The notes under the pieces are model-generated. The model was not told the DNA's origin, did no database searches, and saw only the letters and a program-made list of their open reading frames with translations. Position numbers and translations under genes: made by a program. DNA of 64,000 nt, taken from Eledone cirrhosa (Eukaryota). Below are positions 56,401 to 64,000 of this stretch, piece after piece. How positions within the stretch are numbered: position 1 is the stretch's first letter; each line of letters starts with the position of its first letter. Where the stretch lies: the NCBI GenBank assembly GCA_964016885.1, contig CAXHJY010001747.1, positions 124,001 through 188,000 of the forward strand. Direction: 5' to 3'.

Positions 56401-59400
56401 GTACTGTGGTGATTTATAGTACAGTGGATGGTACTGTAGTGCTGTATAGTACAGTGGATGGCACTGTAGTGCTGTATAGTACAGTGGATGGTACTGTAGT
56501 GCTGTATAGTACAGTGAATTGCACCGTAGTGCTGTATAGTACAGTGGATGGTACTGTAGTGCTGTATAGTACAGTGGATGGCACCGTAGTGCTGTATAGT
56601 ATAGTGGATGGTACTGTAGTGCCGTATTACAGTGGATGGTACTGTAGTGTTGTATAGTACAGTGTATGGCACTGTAGTGCTGTATAGTATAGTGGATGGT
56701 ACTGTAGTGCTGCATAGTACAGTGGACGGTACACTAGTGCTGTATAGTACAGTGGACGGTACTATAGTGCTGTATAATACAGTGGATGGTACTGTAGTGC
56801 TGCATAGTACAGTGGATGGTATTGTCGTGCTGTATAGTACAGTGAATGGTACTGTAGTGGTGTATAGTACAGTGGACGGTAGTGTAGTGCTGTATAGTAC
56901 AGTGGCGGTACTGAGGGCTGTATAGTACAGTGGATGGTACTGTAGTGCTTTGTAATACAGTTAATGGTACTGTGGTGCTTTACAGTACAGTGGACGGTTC
57001 TGTAGTGCTGTATAGTACAGTGGATTATACTGTAATGCTGGATAGTACAGTGGATGGTACTGTAGTGCTGTATAGTACAGTGAATGGTACTGTAGTGGTG
57101 TATAGTACAGTGGATGGTACTGTAGTGCTGTATAGTACAGTGGATGGTACTGTGGTGATTTATAGTACAGTGGATGGTACTGTGGTGATTTATAGTACAG
57201 TGGATTGTACTGTAGTGCTGTATAGTACGGTGGATGGTACTGAAGTGCTGTATAGTACAGTGGATTATACTGTAATGCTGGATAGTACAGTGGATGGTAC
57301 TGTGGTGATTTATAGTACAGTGGATGGTACTGTAGTGCTGGATAGTACAGTGGATGGTACTGTGGTGATTTATAGTACAGTGGATGGTACTGTAGTGCTG
57401 TATAGTACGGTGGATGGTAATGTAGTACTGTATAGTACAGTGGATAGTACTGTAGTGCTGTATAGTACAGTGGATGGTACTGTATTGCTGTATAATACAG
57501 TGGATGGTACTGTAGTGCTGTATAATACAGTGGATGGTACTGTAGTGCTGTATAGTACAGTGGATGGTACTGTAGTGCTGCATAGTACAGTGGATGGCAC
57601 TGTAGTGCTGTATAGTACAGTGGATGGTATTGTATTGCTATATAGTACAGTGGATGGCACCGTAGTGCTGTATAGTACAGTGGATGGTACTGTAGTGCTG
57701 TATAGTACAGTGGATGGCACTGCAGTGTTATATAGTACAGTGGATGGCACTGTATTGCTGTATAATACAGTGGATGGTACTGTCGTGCTGTATAGTCCAG
57801 TGGACAGTACTGTAGTGCTGTATAGTACAGTGGACGGTACACTAGTGCTGTATAGTACAGTGGACGGTACTATAGTGCTGTATAATACAGTGGATGGTAC
57901 TGTACTGCTGTATAATACAGTGGAGGGTACTGTAGTGCTGTATAGTACAGTGGATGGTACTGTAGTGCTGTATACTACAGTGAATGGTACTGTTGTGGTG
58001 TATAATACAGTGGACGGTAATGTAGTGCTGTATAGTACAGTGGATTGTACTGTAGTGCTGTATAGTACAGTGGACGGTACTGTAGTGCTGTATAGTACAG
58101 TGGATGGTACTGTCGTGCTGTATAGGAAAGTGGATGGTACTGTAGTGCTGTATAGTACAATGGATGGTATTGTATTGCTGTATAGGACAGTGAATGGTAT
58201 TGTAGTGCTGTATAGTACAGTGGATGGTACTGTATTGCTGTATAGTACAGTGGATGGTACTGTAGGGCTGTATACTACAGTGGATGGTACTGTAGTGCTG
58301 TATAGTACAGTGGATGGTACTGTAGTGCTGTATAGTACAGTGGATGGTACTTTAGTGTTGTATAATACAGTGGATGGTACTGTAGTGCTGTATAGTACAA
58401 TGGATGGTATTGTAGTGCTGTATAATACAGTGGATGGTACTGTAGTGCTGTATAGTACAGTGGATGGTACTGTAGTGCTGTATAGTTTAGTGGATTGTTT
58501 TGTAGTGCTGTATAATACAGTGGATGGTACTGTAGTGCTGTATATTACAGTGGATGGTACTGTAGTACTGTATAGTACAGTGATGGTATTGTAGTGCTGT
58601 AAAGTACAGTGAACGGTACTGTAGTGCTGTATAGTACAGTGGATGGAATTGTAGTGCTGTATAGTACAGTGGATGGTACTGTAGTGCTGTATAGTACAGT
58701 GGATGGAATTGTAGTGCTGTATAGTACAGTGGACGGTACTATAGTGCTGTATAGTACAGTGGATGGTACTGTAGTGCTGTATAGTACAGTGGATTGTACT
58801 GTAGTGCTGTATAATACAGTGGATGGTACTGTCGTGCTGTATAGGACAGTGGATGGTACTGTCGTGCTGTATAGTACAGTGGACGATACCGTAGTGCTGT
58901 ATAGTACAATGGAAGGTACTGTAGTGCTGTATAATACAGTGGATGGAACTGTAGTGCTGTATAGAACAGTGGATGGTACTATAGTGATGTATAGTACAGT
59001 GGATGGTACTGTAGTGCTGCATAATACAATGGATGGTACTGTCGTGCTGTATAGTACAGTGGATGGTACTGTAGTGCTGTATAGTACAGTGGATGGTACT
59101 GTAGTGCTGTATAGTACAGTCGATGGTACTGTAGTGCTGTATAGTACAGTGGATGGTACTGTCGTGCTGTATAGTACAGTCGATGGTACTGTAGTGCTAT
59201 ATAGTACAGTGGATGGTACTGTCGTGCTGTATAGTACAGTCGACGGTACTGTAGTGCTGTATAATACAGTGGACGGTACTGTAGTACTGTATAGTACAGT
59301 GGATGGTACTGTAGTGCTGTATAGTACAGTGGATGGTACTGTAGTGCTGTATAGTACAGTGGATGGTACTGTAGTGCTGTATAATACAGTGGATTACACT

Positions 59401-62400
59401 GTGGTGCTGTATAGTACAGTGGATGGCACTGTAGTGCTGTATAGTACAGTGGATGGCACGGTAGTGCTGTATAGTACAGTGGATGGTACTGTAGTGCTGT
59501 ATAGTACAGTGGATGGTACTCTAGTGTTGTATAGTATAGTGGATGGCACTGTAGTGCTGTATAGTACAGTGGACGGTACTGTAGTGCTGTATAGTACAGT
59601 GGACGGTACACTAGTGCTGTATAGTACAGTGGACGGTACTATAGTGCTGTATAAGACAGTGGATGGTACTGTAGTGCTGTATAGTACAGTGAATGGTACT
59701 GTAGTCGTGTATAGTACAGTGGACGGTAGTGTAGTGCTGTATAGTACAGTGGACGGTACTGTAGTGGTGTATAGTACAGTGGACGATACTGAGAGCTGTA
59801 TAGTACATTGATAGTACTGTAGTGCTTTATAGTACAGTGGATGGTACTGTAGTGTTGTATAGTACAGTGATGGTATTGTAGTGCTGTAAAGTACAGTGAA
59901 CGGTACTGTAGTGCTGTATAGTACAGTGGATGGTACTGTAGTGCTGTATAGTACAGTGATGGTATTGTAGTGCTGTAAAGTACAGTGAACGGTACTGTAG
60001 TGCTGTATAGTACAGTGGATGGAATTGTAGTGCTGTATAGTACAGTGGATGGTACTGTAGTGCTGTATAGTACAGTGGATTGTACTGTAGTGCTGTATAA
60101 TACAGTGGATGGTACTGTCGTGCTGTATAGGACAGTGGATGGTACTGTCGTGCTGTATAGTACAGTGGACGATAGCGTAGTGCTGTATAGTACAATGGAA
60201 GGTACTGTAGTGCTGTATAATACAGTGGATGGAACTGTAGTGCTGTATAGAACAGTGGATGGTACTATAGTGATGTATAGTACAGTGGATGGTACTGCAG
60301 TGCTGCATAATACAGTGGATGGTACTGTCGTGCTGTATAGTACAGTTGATGGTACTGTAGTGCTGTATAGTACAGTGGATGGTACTGTAGTGCTGTATAG
60401 TACAGTGGATTATACTGTAATGCTGGATAGTACAGTGGATGGTACTGTGGATCTTTATAGTACAGTGGATGGTACTGTAGTGCTGTATAGTACAGTGGAT
60501 GGTAATGTAGTGCTGTATAGTACAGTGGATAGTACTGTAGTGCTGTATAGTACAGTGGATGGTACTGTAGTGTTGTATAGTACAGTGGATGGTACTGTAG
60601 TGCTGTATAGTAGTGGATGGTACTGTAGTGCTGTATAGTACAGTGGATGGTACTGTAGTGCTGTATAGTACAGTGGACGGTACTGTAGTGCTGTATAGTA
60701 CAGTGGACGGTACTGTAGTGCTGTATAGTACAGTGGATGGTACTGTAGTGCTGTATAGTACAGTGGATGGTACTGTAGTGCTGTATAGTACAGTGGACGG
60801 TACACTAGTTCTGTATAGTACAGTGGACCGTACTACAGTGCTGTATAATACAGTGGATGGAACTGTAATTCTGTATAGAACAGTGGATGGTACTATAGTG
60901 ATGTATAGTACAGTGGATGGTACTGTAGTGCTGCATAATACAGTGGATGGTACTGTCGTGCTGTATAGTACAGTGGATGGTACTGTAGTGCTGTATAGTA
61001 CAGTGGATGGTGCTGTAGTGCTGTATAGTACAGTCGATGGTACTGTAGTGCTGTATAGTACAGTGGATGGTACTGTTGTGCTGTATAGTACAGTGGATGG
61101 TACTGTAGTGCTGTATAGTACAGTGTATGGTACTGTAGTGCTGTATAGTACAGTGGATTGCACTGTAGTGCTGTATAGTACAGTGGATGGTACTGTAGTG
61201 CTGTATAGTACAGTGGATGGCACCGTAGTGCTGTATAGTACAGTGGATGGTACTGTAGTGCTGTATAGTACAGTGGATGGTACTGTAGTGTTGTATAGTA
61301 CAGTGTATGGCACTGTAGTGCTGTATAGTACAGTGGATGGTACTGTAGTGCTGTATAGTACAGTGGCGGTACTGAGGGCTGTATAGTACAGTGGATGGTA
61401 CTGTAGTGCTTTGTAATACAGTTAATGGTACTGTGGTGCTTTACTGTACAGTGGACGGTACTGTAGTGCTGTATAGTACAGTGGACGATACTGAGGGCTG
61501 TATAGTACAGTGGATGGTACTGTAGTGCTTTATAGTACAGTGGATTATACTGTATTGCTGGATAGTACAGTGGATGGTACTGTGGTGATTTATAGTACAG
61601 TGGATGGTACTGTAGTGCTGTATAGTACAGTGGATGGCACTGTAGTGCTGTATAGTACAGTGGATGGTACTATAGTGCTGTATAGTACAGTGGATGGTAC
61701 TGTAGTGCTGTATAGTACAGTGAATTGCACTGTAGTGCTGTATAGTACAGTGGATGGTACTGTAGTGCTGTATAGTACAGTGAATTGCACTGTAGTGCTG
61801 TATAGTACAGTGGATGGTACTGTAGTGCTGTATAGTACAGTGGATGGCACCGTAGTGCTGTATAGTATAGTGGATGGTACTGTAGTGCCGTATAGTACAG
61901 TGGATGGTACTGTAGTGTTGTATAGTACAGTGTATGGCACTGTAGTGCTGTATAGTATAGTGGATGGTACTGTAGTGCTGCATAGTACAGTGGACGGTAC
62001 ACTAGTGCTGTATAGTACAGTGGACGGTACTATAGTGCTGTATAATACAGTGGATGGTACTGTAGTGCTGCATAGTACAGTGGATGGTATTGTCGTGCTG
62101 TATAGTACAGTGAATGGTACTGTAGTGGTGTATAGTATAGTGGACGGTAGTGTAGTGCTGTATAGTACAGTGGCGGTACTCAGGGCTGTATAGTACAGTG
62201 GATGGTACTGTAGTGCTTTGTAATACAGTTAATGGTACTGTGGTGCTTTACAGTACAGTGGACGGTTCTGTAGTGCTGTATAGTACAGTGGATTATACTG
62301 TAATGCTGGATAGTACAGTGGATGGTACTGTGGTGATTTATAGTACAGTGGATTGTACTGTAGTGCTGTATAGTACGGTGGATGGTACTGAAGTGCTGTA

Positions 62401-64000
62401 TAGTACAGTGGATTATACTGTAATGCTGGATAGTACAGTGGATGGTACTGTGGTGATTTATAGTACAGTGGATGGTACTGTAGTGCTGGATAGTACAGTG
62501 GATGGTACTGTGGTGATTTATAGTACAGTGGATGGTACTGTAGTGCTGTATCCTACGGTGGATGGTAATGTAGTACTGTATAGTACAGTGGATAGTACTG
62601 TAGTGCTGTATAGTACAGTGGATGGTACTGTATTGCTGTATAATACAGTGGATGGTACTGTAGTGCTGTATAATACAGTGGATGGTACTGTAGTGCTGTA
62701 TAGTACAGTGGATGGTACTGTAGTGCTGCATAGTACAGTGGATGGCACTGTAGTGCTGTATAGTACAGTGGATGGTACTGTATTGCTATATAGTACAGTG
62801 GATGGCACCGTAGTGCTGTATAGTACAGTGGATGGTACTGTAGTGCTGTATAGTACAGTGGATGGCACTGCAGTGTTGTATAGTACAGTGGATGGCACTG
62901 TAGTGCTGTATAGTCCAGTGGACAGTACTGTAGTGCTGTATAGTACAGTGGACGGTACACTAGTGATGTATAGTACAGTGGACGGTACTATAGTGCTGTA
63001 TAATACAGTGGATGGTACTGTAGTGCTGCATAGTACAGTGGATGGTACTGTAGTGCTGTATACTACAGTGAATGGTACTGTTGTGGTGTATAGTACAGTG
63101 GACGGTACTGTAGTGCTGTATAATACAGTGGACGGTAATGTAGTGCTGTATAGTACAGTGGACGGTACTGTAGTGCTGTATAGTACAGTGGATGGTACTG
63201 TCGTGCTGTATAGGAAAGTGGATGGTACTGTAGTGCTATATAGTACAATGGATGGTATTGTATTGCTGTATAGGACAGTGAATGGTATTGTAGTGCTGTA
63301 TAGTACAGTGGATGGTACTGTATTGCTGTATAGTACAGTGGATGGTACTGTAGGGCTGTATACTACAGTGGATGGTACTGTAGTGCTGTATAGTACAGTG
63401 GATGGTACTGTAGTGCTGTATAGTACAGTGGATGGTACTGTAGTACTGTATAGTACAGTGATGGTATTGTAGTGCTGTAAAGTACAGTGAACGGTACTGT
63501 AGTGCTGTATAGTACAGTGGATGGAATTGTATTGCTGTAGAGTACAGTGGATGGTACTGTAGTGCTGTATAATACAGTGGATGGAATTGTAGTGCTGTAT
63601 AGTACAGTGGACGGTACTATAGTGCTGTATAGTACAGTGGATGGTACTGTAGTGCTGTATAGTACAGTGGATTGTACTGTAGTGCTGTATAATACAGTGG
63701 ATGGTACTGTCGTGCTGTATAGGACAGTGGATGGTACTGTCGTGCTGTATAGTACAGTGGACGATACCGTAGTGCTGTATAGTACAATGGAAGGTACTGT
63801 AGTGCTGTATAATACAGTGGATGGAACTGTAGTGCTGTATAGAACAGTGGATGGTACTATAGTGATGTATAGTACAGTGGATGGTACTGTAGTGCTGCAT
63901 AATACAATGGATGGTACTGTCGTGCTGTATAGTACAGTGGATGGTACTGTAGTGCTGTATAGTACAGTGGATGGTACTGTAGTGCTGTATAGTACAGTCG
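47500..64000. repeat. 30-bp satellite (consensus TAGTACAGTGGATGGTACTGTAGTGCTGTA), >16 kb, ~550 units, open at the window end
   Basis: Column-aligned 30-bp periodicity throughout; degenerate edge at ~47330-47500. Confidence 0.98.

Noticed and set aside
47324-64000. Long ORFs of YSTVDGTVVL / STVLYSTTVP / QHYSTIHCTI decapeptide repeats resembling ice-binding solenoid proteins
   Set aside because: A 30-bp unit leaves several frames open on both strands; frequent 1-2 nt indels shift frame; no unique N- or C-terminal domain.

Overview
Repeat-dominated animal genomic DNA with no recognisable host gene. The SINE families and microsatellite density suggest an octopus-like cephalopod (inference). Main contents: (1) a fold-back inverted repeat at the window start, carrying a 20-bp minisatellite that appears to be amplified from inside a SINE; (2) four Tx1/L1-clade non-LTR retrotransposons from three subfamilies (6.6-18.4 kb), each bounded on both sides by (TATC)n/(GATA)n. 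Three are head-to-tail and one is full-length, with ORF2 broken only by a frameshift in a G16 run. Their divergent 3'UTRs share a covarying hairpin module; (3) an RLE-type (R4/Dong-like) LINE fragment, a complete Chapaev3-type transposon with TAA TSD, a DD34D mariner with ~100-bp TIRs and a Tigger-like MITE; (4) several Penelope-type/retrozyme-like non-coding elements with type I hammerhead ribozyme motifs, the three best with enlarged stem II and potential pairing to the 5' flank; (5) a convergent pair of tRNA-like Pol III cassettes forming an imperfect palindrome at 37.1-37.6 kb; (6) a >16-kb 30-bp satellite running off the window end. Nearly all other ORF-track entries are translations of simple repeats. 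All calls come from reading the sequence by eye; no database searches were run.
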